From an uncultured virus (IMG/VR IMGVR_UViG_3300027687_000005) (lineage: Duplodnaviria; Heunggongvirae; Uroviricota; Caudoviricetes), in the IMG/VR virus record IMGVR_UViG_3300027687_000005: a stretch of DNA of 64,000 nt; one strand, 5' to 3'. Below the pieces are notes generated by a model. It had not been told where the DNA came from and did no database searches. It saw only the letters and a program-made list of their open reading frames with translations. The translations under genes were made by a program, and so were the position numbers. Of this stretch, positions 55,809-64,000 are shown piece by piece (position 1 is the first letter of the stretch; every line of letters begins with the position of its first letter).

Positions 55809-56669
55809 CTAATTGTATTCCTCCGCTACAAACGTATAGTCTACTTCAGGTGGGTTCTTAGCCTTGCTCATGATGCTTGGCCTTGGTGTTAGGTTAGTGT
55901 GACACTTGTGTTTAAAGCTACAGAACTTGCAGCCATTCGGCAGTACCCAGTTGCCTGTCTCTTTACGATAGAACGTTTCCTTAACTGGCTCAAAGCAACG
56001 CTCAAAGGGTTCATCATTATCAATGAAGTCCACGGTAGCTTGTATGTCAGCTAAGACCTTCTTCCGGTCCACCATAGAGGCGTCTACATACTTAAACTCT
56101 CCATTGCCTTTGTTGACTACCCACCAGCCACCTACATCAACTCCTGCGGCCTCTGCGTAGCCTACAAGCTGTGATACATAGCCGAAGCCATCTCCATCAG
56201 CTAGACTATCAAAGGAAGCAAACTTATTAGTGTAGGACCAAGGTGAAGCAGACTTAACATCGTCAAGCTTACCATCCATGATCATGTCATACTCACCGTT
56301 GATCTTACGACCATTGGCTAACTCAAGTGTAACCCTATCATTGTCTTGGAAGTCCACACCAGCCTCATTAAGGATGCCTTTAAATACTGCCTCAACAATA
56401 TCTCCAAGCATCATGTTCATCATGAAGTGGGGTGGAAAGGGTGTCTTATCTGCTGGGTCATTCTTATCAAACCACAGCTGACACTTAGGGCGACCTATAT
56501 TGGACATACGCAAACGAAACTCATCACGTGGTCCACTATCAAACTGCTTAAGTAGTGCAGCCTTCACATCGGAGGCGACCTTATCAGCCACCTCCTCTGA
56601 GAATGAAGTCTTCCCTGCAACAGCCCTCTGAAAGAAGCTATAAACTTTAAGTTCTGCAGGGTGTTCCAT
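55809..56669 (-). CDS. PD-(D/E)XK (Cas4-like) exonuclease
   Basis: RMSNIGRPKC, GDIVE, GEYD, DVKS, Q..GY, CKFC..K.KC. Confidence 0.85.
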   Translation of the reverse strand: MEHPAELKVYSFFQRAVAGKTSFSEEVADKVASDVKAALLKQFDSGPRDEFRLRMSNIGRPKCQLWFDKNDPADKTPFPPHFMMNMMLGDIVEAVFKGILNEAGVDFQDNDRVTLELANGRKINGEYDMIMDGKLDDVKSASPWSYTNKFASFDSLADGDGFGYVSQLVGYAEAAGVDVGGWWVVNKGNGEFKYVDASMVDRKKVLADIQATVDFIDNDEPFERCFEPVKETFYRKETGNWVLPNGCKFCSFKHKCHTNLTPRPSIMSKAKNPPEVDYTFVAEEYN

Positions 56670-57535
56670 TAGAATGGTGCCTCATCTACATCAATGATAG
56701 ACGATACAAGATCTGTATCTTCCTTTGACATACTTGAACCAGACCGCTCATGATGCAGGTCCATGATCTTTGTATTGATGTAGGAGATCAGTTCCAAGAA
56801 GTCTTGGAGCGTCTGATTATCCCCGTCAGAGAGTTCAACCGTATCAGCTACAGCAGACTTGAAGTAAGCATACTGATTGCCGTTTGGTAGATCTCCTATA
56901 ACACCATCAACGCTTAAGTTAGCCATGATAGGTAGCAGGTTCTTCCGGTGTAGTGCAGACAGTGAACTATCCAATGCCTTAAGACTATCGCGGTTTTTAA
57001 CGTCAAAGATAACAGGCATGTTGTTGATCTCTACTACAACAGGCTCACCCATTTCGTTCATTACGGAATCCACTGTAAGTGCACCCATAACAACCTTCAC
57101 ACGTTTAACACTACGGATGATGTCCTTTGTCTTATCTGGAAGAGCATTCCAATCCTCAATGTAACCAGATGGACGACCTAAGTTAAAGCCACCAACACTG
57201 TCAGCCAAGTCGCTGTTGACAGAGTTAGCCAAGACAGACTTTTCCATCTCGTTAGTGTCTGAGTTCCAGCGCTGCCACTGCTGACGCTGTGTGAATACCC
57301 GTAACTTAACGCTGTTTGCGTAATAGGTATCATCACCCATAGTGATCTTGAATGCACCGACACCGATCACCTCAGTGCGGAGCTTCTTGCCGTTTACTTC
57401 TATTTCACCCATCATAGGTGACTGTACTAGGTTCAGACGTGCAATCGTTGGACCACTAGAGGTAGGTGCTGACACCCCCATAAGTTCTGCCAATGATTTG
57501 CCTTCATGACCTGTTACTGATAGTTCTGTACTCAT
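56669..57535 (-). CDS. putative single-stranded DNA-binding protein
   Basis: Position between Pol and exonuclease; acidic tail ending DEAPF. Confidence 0.65.
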   Translation of the reverse strand: MSTELSVTGHEGKSLAELMGVSAPTSSGPTIARLNLVQSPMMGEIEVNGKKLRTEVIGVGAFKITMGDDTYYANSVKLRVFTQRQQWQRWNSDTNEMEKSVLANSVNSDLADSVGGFNLGRPSGYIEDWNALPDKTKDIIRSVKRVKVVMGALTVDSVMNEMGEPVVVEINNMPVIFDVKNRDSLKALDSSLSALHRKNLLPIMANLSVDGVIGDLPNGNQYAYFKSAVADTVELSDGDNQTLQDFLELISYINTKIMDLHHERSGSSMSKEDTDLVSSIIDVDEAPF

Positions 57536-57568
57536 GTGTTTTTCCTTACATGTTTTAAGAGAGTCTTA

Positions 57569-57596
57569 GTTATACACTACACATCTTTTACGTCAA
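57569..57596 (-). promoter_or_regulatory. putative sigma70 promoter for the SSB-like gene, overlapping the Pol 3' end
   Basis: Minus-strand TTGACG-N16-TATAAC. Confidence 0.55.
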
Positions 57597-59625
57597 GCCA
57601 GTTAGGACCGATTTTTGACTCTAATAGTAGTGGTACGTTCATTTTTACTCCGTAAGCCTTTTCTATTAAGGTGTTAAGACCTTCGTTCATTCCATTAATA
57701 ATCTGTAGCACTTTCTCCTTCTCCTCTGGGTGGATATCTATAACCACTGAGTCATGAACTGTGTTCACTAAGCATGACTGTAAATGATCCAACCTTCTCT
57801 CCATTTCTATCAACACAGCAGGAACCACATCACCTGTCGCAAACCCCTGTACTGGGTAGTTCTTGATCATGGTGAAGTGTGATACTCCTCCTCTTGCGTT
57901 GCGCTTTACGTCAGGGAAAGCATACTGTCGCCCTGATACGTTAGTAATCTTGTTAAACCTGATTGCCTCGTTAGCCAAGTTCTTATGCCACGCAGCTACA
58001 CCCTTATACTTCTCAGTGAAGTGAATGTAGTAGGCCTCTTCAGCCTTGCTTCTGCCATAGCCTGTAGCGCCGAACAGGGGTGCGAAGGTATGTTCTTTTG
58101 CCCCTTGTCTGGTAGTTGGCTGACCTGCATCAGTGATAACCTTTGCAGTGTAGCTGTGTACGTCAAACCCTGTGCGGATCTCTTCCATAGCAAGCTCATC
58201 TTGAGCAAGGAATGCTGCGGCACGAAACTCAAGCTGAGCAAAGTCGGCCTCACAGATGTAGCCACCCTCCCAACGAGATACAAACACCCTCTTTACTGGG
58301 AATGTTCCGCCCCTTGGCATGTTCTGCATATTGGGATTTCTTCCACTGAAACGTCCGGTGGCAGTAATATGCTGGGTAAGTCCAACGTGCAGAAATCCGT
58401 CTGACTTAGTATATGTTTCGATACCTTCAACGAAACTAGATAAATAGCTACTAACAGCAGAAAGGCGCTTAAGGTCAGTAAGAAACTCAACAGCAGCATC
58501 CATCCTATTTGTTTTAGCTGTTCCAATAAGTACATCAAGATTGTCTTTCCCTGTGCTGAAGCCATTGGCACTAACCCACTTCTTAGATGGAGCACCAAAG
58601 CCCAAGCCAGCTATGTGGTTTAGTGGTTTTAACTGATAGCCTCTTGCCTCGCAGTCGATACACTTATTAGGCCTAGCAAACTTAGTGCCATCCTTTTTGA
58701 TCTTGAATGTCTTACCAACACCCTCGCATGTAGGGCAGGTGAATGCCTTAGTGCGCTTGAGGATGACACTATTTGCATCAACTGCCTGCTTAAACTCTTT
58801 CTTGTCACGTACATATTCAAACAGATCTACCCATTCCTTTTTGTTGTTGACCTTACGAGAGAACACAACCTGAGACATCTGCTCTGGTGAGTTAAGATTG
58901 ATAGGTGTATCACCCATGATCTCACGCACCTTATGTTGCAGCCTGTCTTCTATGTCTGCCTTCTCACGCTCATACTCTACTCGTACTGCATCAAGGGTTG
59001 TCCTATCCACCCTGATTCCAGACATGTACATTCTAGTAAGGGTTTGACAGGCTCTAAAGGTAACGTCTCTAACTGTAATGAGAGAGGCGGATTCACTTTC
59101 ACCGTAGTCTGCTTCGATTGAGTGGAACAACTCACGAGTTGTGTCGAGATCAGCCCTAAGATAAAAGCAAAGCTCACTGAGAGGTATCTCATTAGTGTTG
59201 TATCCTTCCTTAAAATAACGCTTAAGAGTGTCATCCTTCTGAGAGGTTAGCTCCCTACGTTCAGCACAGGCACCCAACGAGATTGGCTCCTTCTGGCCTC
59301 GTAGTAGAATGTACTCTGCAAGCATTGTGTCATAAATGTCACCATCATACTTGAAGCCACACTCCCACAACCACATGAGATCGTGCTGTGCATTGTGCAT
59401 AATCAAAAGAGTAGTAACATCAAGCACTTGCTGGACTAGCTTACGCCCAGCGCCACTGGTGTCTTTCTTCTCGACATGATCAAGTGTTACTAAGTGTGTC
59501 TCCTTATCGTTATCTGCATTCTGCATACCTACCTGTACAAGAAAGTTACCCTCCTCATAGGGATCTAAGTGCAGTTTCTCCCTGCGCTTGTTGGTTGTAT
59601 TCTCAACGTCTAGTACAAGTCTCAT
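57577..59625 (-). CDS. family A DNA polymerase with DnaJ-type Zn-finger insertion
   Basis: LDVEN, CPTCEGVG..CIDCEARG, TGRFS, DFAQLE, KEHTFAPLFG, VHDS. Confidence 0.95.
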   Translation of the reverse strand: MRLVLDVENTTNKRREKLHLDPYEEGNFLVQVGMQNADNDKETHLVTLDHVEKKDTSGAGRKLVQQVLDVTTLLIMHNAQHDLMWLWECGFKYDGDIYDTMLAEYILLRGQKEPISLGACAERRELTSQKDDTLKRYFKEGYNTNEIPLSELCFYLRADLDTTRELFHSIEADYGESESASLITVRDVTFRACQTLTRMYMSGIRVDRTTLDAVRVEYEREKADIEDRLQHKVREIMGDTPINLNSPEQMSQVVFSRKVNNKKEWVDLFEYVRDKKEFKQAVDANSVILKRTKAFTCPTCEGVGKTFKIKKDGTKFARPNKCIDCEARGYQLKPLNHIAGLGFGAPSKKWVSANGFSTGKDNLDVLIGTAKTNRMDAAVEFLTDLKRLSAVSSYLSSFVEGIETYTKSDGFLHVGLTQHITATGRFSGRNPNMQNMPRGGTFPVKRVFVSRWEGGYICEADFAQLEFRAAAFLAQDELAMEEIRTGFDVHSYTAKVITDAGQPTTRQGAKEHTFAPLFGATGYGRSKAEEAYYIHFTEKYKGVAAWHKNLANEAIRFNKITNVSGRQYAFPDVKRNARGGVSHFTMIKNYPVQGFATGDVVPAVLIEMERRLDHLQSCLVNTVHDSVVIDIHPEEKEKVLQIINGMNEGLNTLIEKAYGVKMNVPLLLESKIGPNWLDVKDV

Positions 59626-59638
59626 GTTTCTCTCTCCT

Positions 59639-60865
59639 CTAGGCTTGATATAGCGATCTCGCCCCGTCTAACTCACAGTGTACAACACCATGCCAGCCAC
59701 CCTTAAGCTTGTTCTTAGCTATATTCAAGTGGCGTTGTGTGTCTTCTTCATCTGCACCCTCAACGATAGGGTTCTTAGAGATCAACACCATGAGGTCAGC
59801 TTCAGCAGCTTTACCTGTCTTAGAGCCTTCCATCATTGACTGATCAACGTAGACCTTACCCTCTGCTACTGCACTCAACTGTGACATCCATACAACACAA
59901 CAGTCATACTGCTTAGCAATGTTACGCGCATAGATAGCTGCATCCTTTAGGTACACGTCTGACTTCTCGCTGTTCTTGGTTGCGAACTTGTCACCCATAT
60001 CCAGGATTAGAATGTCTGGACGTTCCTGCTTAACGATGGACTCAACCCACTGCATATCTTTGTTAGTGCTGTCCTTGATGCGGATATTCTTCCTGACAGG
60101 CTCATAGCGGCTACGTGCGAGGGCTACGTTAGCCTTAACCTCATCCATTGACATGTTGGCGGCTGCACTAAGATACCGTGCTCCTACGCGCTCATATGCC
60201 TCCTCGTTACACAGGACAATACACTTGGCACCCTGATGTGCCCAGCCACCTACACCTGCAATTAGAGAGGCGTGGAAAGATGTCTTGCCAGTATTAGGCC
60301 TAGCGCCGACCAGCAACAGATGACCGCCGCTAACGCCTTCCACCTTCCTACGGAGGCTGGGTATGTTGAACTTCCACTGCGTCTGAAGATCGTTGGCGCT
60401 GAGTAGAGTGTCAATGCTAATGTCGTCCCACTCAATGCGAAGATTAGGAGTAAAGTCATCTTTGTAGTTCTCCAACATGCGGCGTAGTGGTTCAAGGCTA
60501 GTCTGTGTGCCGTTCACAAAGTCAAAGCCCAAGTTAGCAACCTGTTCACCTACATACTGTTGGAACATCTTGCCTAGAACATCTGTTGCTATCTCTTCTT
60601 TGATAGTGTTCTCTTTGTCGATCTTACGAAAGAGATCCTCATAGGCAGACTTGGTTGCTGTAGTCATTGTCTGGTTCTGAGCATAGAACAATGCCTCTAG
60701 GTCAGACGTGTTGAGATCCCCTTCATACGTTTTCATAGCAGCATCTAGTGCCTGCTTGATCTTGCGTATGTCCTTAGTAAAGATCTTATCAGGGCAGCGT
60801 ATGCCCTTATGTTGTTCATAGAAGTCACGTTTAAGTAACGTCTTAATTAGCGCTAGTTCCATCAT
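59639..60865 (-). CDS. DnaB-like replicative helicase
   Basis: GARPNTGKTS, NEE, LDMGDK, SQLS, KNK. Confidence 0.92.
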   Translation of the reverse strand: MMELALIKTLLKRDFYEQHKGIRCPDKIFTKDIRKIKQALDAAMKTYEGDLNTSDLEALFYAQNQTMTTATKSAYEDLFRKIDKENTIKEEIATDVLGKMFQQYVGEQVANLGFDFVNGTQTSLEPLRRMLENYKDDFTPNLRIEWDDISIDTLLSANDLQTQWKFNIPSLRRKVEGVSGGHLLLVGARPNTGKTSFHASLIAGVGGWAHQGAKCIVLCNEEAYERVGARYLSAAANMSMDEVKANVALARSRYEPVRKNIRIKDSTNKDMQWVESIVKQERPDILILDMGDKFATKNSEKSDVYLKDAAIYARNIAKQYDCCVVWMSQLSAVAEGKVYVDQSMMEGSKTGKAAEADLMVLISKNPIVEGADEEDTQRHLNIAKNKLKGGWHGVVHCELDGARSLYQA

Positions 60866-61055
60866 CGTCTTTCTCTCCTACAAGAATCTTATATATAACT
60901 TCCAAAGCCACGATGGGCCACATGAAAGCAAACTTAATTGGGCCTCTGTTATCTTCTTCCTCATCCTCAGGTTCAACCATGTGATAAAGCAGAGGTAACG
61001 CTAACACATACATAAGGAAGATGCCACCAAAAAAGCCCTGCCCTAGTTCATTCAT
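60843..61055 (-). CDS. small two-helix membrane protein
   Basis: Hydrophobic-acidic-hydrophobic layout with WP motif; resembles 8991..9158. Confidence 0.7.
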   Translation of the reverse strand: MNELGQGFFGGIFLMYVLALPLLYHMVEPEDEEEDNRGPIKFAFMWPIVALEVIYKILVGEKDDDGTSAN

Positions 61056-61294
61056 TTATTTTTCCTTTGTATTTTAATGTAGTAGGCACCTTCTGTACTG
61101 TTGTAAGCAGCCATAAGGTCTAGTAGTTGCTGTTGGCTCATGACTAATAGCTGAAAACCATTCTCAAAGTCATCCCACTGTCGCATGTAGACTACACCTT
61201 CATCACCTATAACAAGCTCAACATCCTCGAACATATCCTTTTGATCTAGTGTAGTGATTACTGCTGCATCAGATTCAAACTCTACAGTGTACAT
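61052..61294 (-). CDS. hypothetical protein
   Basis: Coupled ORF, acidic. Confidence 0.75.
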   Translation of the reverse strand: MYTVEFESDAAVITTLDQKDMFEDVELVIGDEGVVYMRQWDDFENGFQLLVMSQQQLLDLMAAYNSTEGAYYIKIQRKNK

Positions 61295-61410
61295 TATTCA
61301 TCTCCTACATAAACATTTAAGTGTGCCACCGTACCACCCTCAACACGGGTGACTACATATTCTATGCCTGCCTGTTTAAGTAGTTGCCGTAGCAATAATA
61401 GTTTATCCAT
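61294..61410 (-). CDS. 38-aa hypothetical protein
   Basis: Own translation MDKLLLLRQLLKQAGIEY..; RBS GGAGG; TAATG overlaps. Confidence 0.6.
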   Translation of the reverse strand: MDKLLLLRQLLKQAGIEYVVTRVEGGTVAHLNVYVGDE

Positions 61411-61586
61411 TATTCTTCCTCCAAACAGAAACCACAGAAGATATTCTTTGATGGGCCACCGCAACTAACACATGTGGCTATGAAGTTGTTAGCCTTCTCA
61501 CGATCTAGTGCTGCCTTACGTTCTTCTGGTGTCATAGGTCTTACATCAGTGAAGTCTGCCTCTAAGGGCCAATCATTGTCCGTCAT
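61410..61586 (-). CDS. 58-aa protein with C-terminal CxxC..CxxC Zn finger
   Basis: Own translation MTDNDWPLEADF..CVSCGGPSKEYLCGFCLEEE. Confidence 0.65.
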   Translation of the reverse strand: MTDNDWPLEADFTDVRPMTPEERKAALDREKANNFIATCVSCGGPSKNIFCGFCLEEE

Positions 61587-61734
61587 TTGTTATATCCTTG
61601 CTATGCTTACGGAACCTTTTATTGTACGCACGTTTGATCTTCTTTAACTGACCAGCTTTCCAGTGTAAAAACCTACGTGCTTTAGTAAGTCCATCGTACT
61701 CGTCACCACCCTTCATGGGTATACGCTTGGTCAT
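61573..61734 (-). CDS. 53-aa basic protein, near-identical to 8603..8758
   Basis: Own translation MTKRIPMKGGDEYDGLTKARRFLHWKAGQLKKIKRAYNKRFRKH..; RBS AGGAG. Confidence 0.85.
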   Translation of the reverse strand: MTKRIPMKGGDEYDGLTKARRFLHWKAGQLKKIKRAYNKRFRKHSKDITNDGQ

Positions 61735-61752
61735 TCATCATCTCCTACTATG

Positions 61753-61789
61753 GTATTAGTAATGGCAAGTATTACCACTTAACTAATAC
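61753..61789 (-). other. AT-rich intergenic hairpin
   Basis: Minus strand GTATTAGT-TAA-GTGGTAA-TAC-TTGCCAT-T-ACTAATAC. Confidence 0.7.
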
Positions 61790-61796
61790 AGTGGTG

Positions 61797-62012
61797 TCAC
61801 TTACGCTGTGCCTCTAGTATATCCTCATACTTGTTGAACAGTTGCTCAAACTTCCAATGGTATAGCTGTTGCATACCCATCAGGGTGTTCATCATTTCAT
61901 CAGGTGTAGGGTCACGGTTACCATCACCTACCTGTCGGAGAACTACTCCAAGGTCATTACAAACAGACCAGCAGTCCATGATCATCTCTTCTAGGTCATA
62001 AATTTTACTCAT
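61797..62012 (-). CDS. hypothetical protein
   Basis: 71-aa ORF coupled to thyX. Confidence 0.75.
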   Translation of the reverse strand: MSKIYDLEEMIMDCWSVCNDLGVVLRQVGDGNRDPTPDEMMNTLMGMQQLYHWKFEQLFNKYEDILEAQRK

Positions 62013-62706
62013 CTCTCAATGCCACCCATGATACAGGGAATAACTCTTCCATCTTTAAACTAATGTCCCATGCTACCTTCTGTGTCTCTGCCTGTGTGTC
62101 ATGGGTGCAACGAAGTTTACACATACGTGCGAAGGCATCAAGGCTACCTGACCAGTACCACTCAGTCATTGTGCTTTGTGGTAAGACCATACGTGCTTGT
62201 TCGGGGGCTACACCTGCCTTGATAAGTAAGTCATACGCCTCAAAATCAGAATGCTTTTTCATCCATAGGTAATCTATCAGGGTGCCTTCTCCAGTAATGT
62301 TCTCGAAATCTCCGCCACGATCACTCCAATCCTCTAGGTCTACAATACCATCAGAACCCTGTTTCTTATCAGCACTACGACCACGCCACACATCAGGCAC
62401 ATAGAACTCAGGTTTATCATCGACGTAGCGCCTCGATACTTCATTCCACCGCAAAAACGAATGCTTGACCAACTGTCTTGCCACAAAAACAGGTGCCTTA
62501 ACATGAAAAGATGCGAAGCAATGCCCGAATGGACTGATATGACCATGACTAGCTAAGTAGTTGATAAGCTTAGCATCTTTAGCTTTTAGTGTTGGTGGCC
62601 CCCAAGTATTCTCTTCCATCTCAGATGTCTTACCAAAGCTAACACGGGCTGCATTGGCTACAGATAAGTCGCTGCCCATATGGTCTATATAAGTTGCTGT
62701 TATCAT
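62005..62706 (-). CDS. thyX: FAD-dependent thymidylate synthase
   Basis: [33 protein letters not shown]. Confidence 0.95.
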   Translation of the reverse strand: MITATYIDHMGSDLSVANAARVSFGKTSEMEENTWGPPTLKAKDAKLINYLASHGHISPFGHCFASFHVKAPVFVARQLVKHSFLRWNEVSRRYVDDKPEFYVPDVWRGRSADKKQGSDGIVDLEDWSDRGGDFENITGEGTLIDYLWMKKHSDFEAYDLLIKAGVAPEQARMVLPQSTMTEWYWSGSLDAFARMCKLRCTHDTQAETQKVAWDISLKMEELFPVSWVALRDE

Positions 62707-62888
62707 TAGAATGGTACCTCACCGTTGTGATCTCGTGGATCAATATAAAATCCTGGATTCATGTACTCAGGCTTAGTATGTCTCTCCATGATATCTTTCA
62801 TTATGGCTTCATGCAGCTTACGTGTTGTGTCCTTAGGGTTTACCCCTTCTAGGCCCATCTCTTTGAGAAAGTCTTTTAAGGTACGCAT
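62706..62888 (-). CDS. 60-aa protein ending GFYIDPRDHNGEVPF
   Basis: Coupled ORF; similar to 1987..2157. Confidence 0.75.
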   Translation of the reverse strand: MRTLKDFLKEMGLEGVNPKDTTRKLHEAIMKDIMERHTKPEYMNPGFYIDPRDHNGEVPF

Positions 62889-63670
62889 TGTATAATCTCC
62901 TTTAGTCGATCCAAGTCACCACTTAACTTGTATTTGATATCATCGTCAAGGCGGAAGGCTGTACTTTTAGCGCCTGTCCATAGTGCTATCTCTCTGCTGA
63001 ACTGCAACGTCTTGTGTGCTGCATCAGGGTCTAGTGCCACGATCACCCTGTCATACTCACCTATTTTAGCCATATGATTGGCTGTTAGTGATGTACCTAG
63101 GATAGCCATAGCTGTCACGTTAGGTAACTCCTGATAGGCTACTATAGCTGATACACAGTCCTCAACCACAAGCAGAGTAGTGCCCTGCCCTACCGTGTAG
63201 TAGTCAGCCTTGCCTGTGTAGCGATACCACTTAGGTGTCTTGCCGCCTACTGACCTACCGTTAGCGTCAATGATGCGGCCCTTGTAGTGAATAGGGAATA
63301 CAACACGTTCATCCTTAACGTCATACAGTAGCCGTGTATTCTGGATACCCCAGCGTCCAACAAACTGATGGAACTTATCGTGCTCTGTGCTGGGCTGTAC
63401 AACATACTCCGGTATCTCCATAGTCTCTGCCTCTCGTGCTACTGGTATTTCTCTATTAGATAACAGTAGCTTGATCTCTGCTGCTGTCATGTCTGTGTGA
63501 TGGTAGCCGCCTATCGAACAGTCCAACTTGTAACAGTTGTACTTTATCTGGCCCATCTCCTTTGTTACCGTAAAAGTATTCTTGGCATGGCATACAGGAC
63601 AGTTGAGCCTACGCGACTCATCATCACGCAAGTCCATGCTGTCGAGATACTTACGAATGTTCATCATCAT
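62876..63670 (-). CDS. DNA primase (Zn finger + TOPRIM)
   Basis: CPVC..CYKLDC, VVED.VSA, LGT, ALDPDA. Confidence 0.9.
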   Translation of the reverse strand: MMMNIRKYLDSMDLRDDESRRLNCPVCHAKNTFTVTKEMGQIKYNCYKLDCSIGGYHHTDMTAAEIKLLLSNREIPVAREAETMEIPEYVVQPSTEHDKFHQFVGRWGIQNTRLLYDVKDERVVFPIHYKGRIIDANGRSVGGKTPKWYRYTGKADYYTVGQGTTLLVVEDCVSAIVAYQELPNVTAMAILGTSLTANHMAKIGEYDRVIVALDPDAAHKTLQFSREIALWTGAKSTAFRLDDDIKYKLSGDLDRLKEIIQCVP

Positions 63671-64000
63671 TTCCTCTGGCTGCTAGAGCCTTACTGGCCC
63701 CACTGAATGTATTGACCATGTACGGCTTAATGCTGGCTACGTTCTTATGCCCTGTTACCTGCATGATACCAGCAAGGTCAACCCCCGCCTCCATCATCTC
63801 AGTCACGGCTGTCCTGCGTAAATCCATAGCTGTTAGCTTTGATGGTAGCTTAGCTTCTTCTAGTAACGCATTGATAAGACGAGATATCTCCTCCTTATTG
63901 TAGGGCGTGTAGGCCCCTGCCTGTGGCTTAACTCGTGGTGCTACATAATCTTGGAAGCCAAAGTCGGACTTCTGCTGTTGCAACATTTTACACAATCCTG
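63651..64000 (-). CDS. int: tyrosine recombinase / integrase, C-terminal part (truncated by the window edge)
   Basis: DLRRT, TGH and the catalytic Y in KPY; frame is open to the window edge. Confidence 0.85.
   Translation of the reverse strand, partial: GLCKMLQQQKSDFGFQDYVAPRVKPQAGAYTPYNKEEISRLINALLEEAKLPSKLTAMDLRRTAVTEMMEAGVDLAGIMQVTGHKNVASIKPYMVNTFSGASKALAARGNDDEHS

Larger units (their letters stand above)
36283..64000. mobile_element. HMO-2011-type marine podophage genome segment (partial); left boundary approximate
   Basis: Pol A with CxxCxGxG DnaJ-type insert, separate primase and helicase, integrase next to primase, and a replication arm convergent with the structural arm. Confidence 0.8.

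Noticed and set aside
1..64000. Tandem prophages in a host chromosome, tRNA genes or terminal repeats
   Set aside because: No host genes or cloverleaf structures seen. The join is in tail genes rather than at att sites, and no repeat of the left end was found.

Overview
The window is entirely bacteriophage DNA, with no host genes, rRNA, tRNA or CRISPR seen. It contains two different podovirus genomes joined head to head. About 1-35 kb (+ strand) is a nearly complete T7-like (Autographiviridae) phage. Its order is early small genes, MarR-like regulator, tyrosine integrase, probable attP, single-subunit RNA polymerase, SSB, endonuclease I, amidase, primase-helicase, DNA Pol A, ThyX, exonuclease, MazG, class II RNR, PhoH, portal, scaffold, capsid, tail tubes, internal virion proteins and tail fibre. 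About 36-64 kb is the arm of an HMO-2011-type marine podovirus. It has a second tail fibre and large internal virion proteins on +, converging on a minus-strand block of integrase, primase, ThyX, helicase, DNA Pol A with a DnaJ-type Zn-finger insert, SSB, exonuclease, endonuclease, MazG-like protein, class II RNR, glutaredoxin and PhoH. The junction lies in the tail-fibre region and no terminase was recognised, so this is either an assembly chimera (more likely) or a real hybrid. A marine alphaproteobacterial, Roseobacter-like host is inferred, not shown. The most notable smaller signals are a twice-repeated structured RNA element with alternative folds in the early region, SP6-like phage promoters, operator-like repeats, three small gene families shared by the two unrelated halves (one 39/44 aa identical, one ending in an SSB-tail-like motif), and a possible Acb2/Tad1-like anti-defence protein. 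All product calls come from motifs and synteny recognised by eye; no searches were run.
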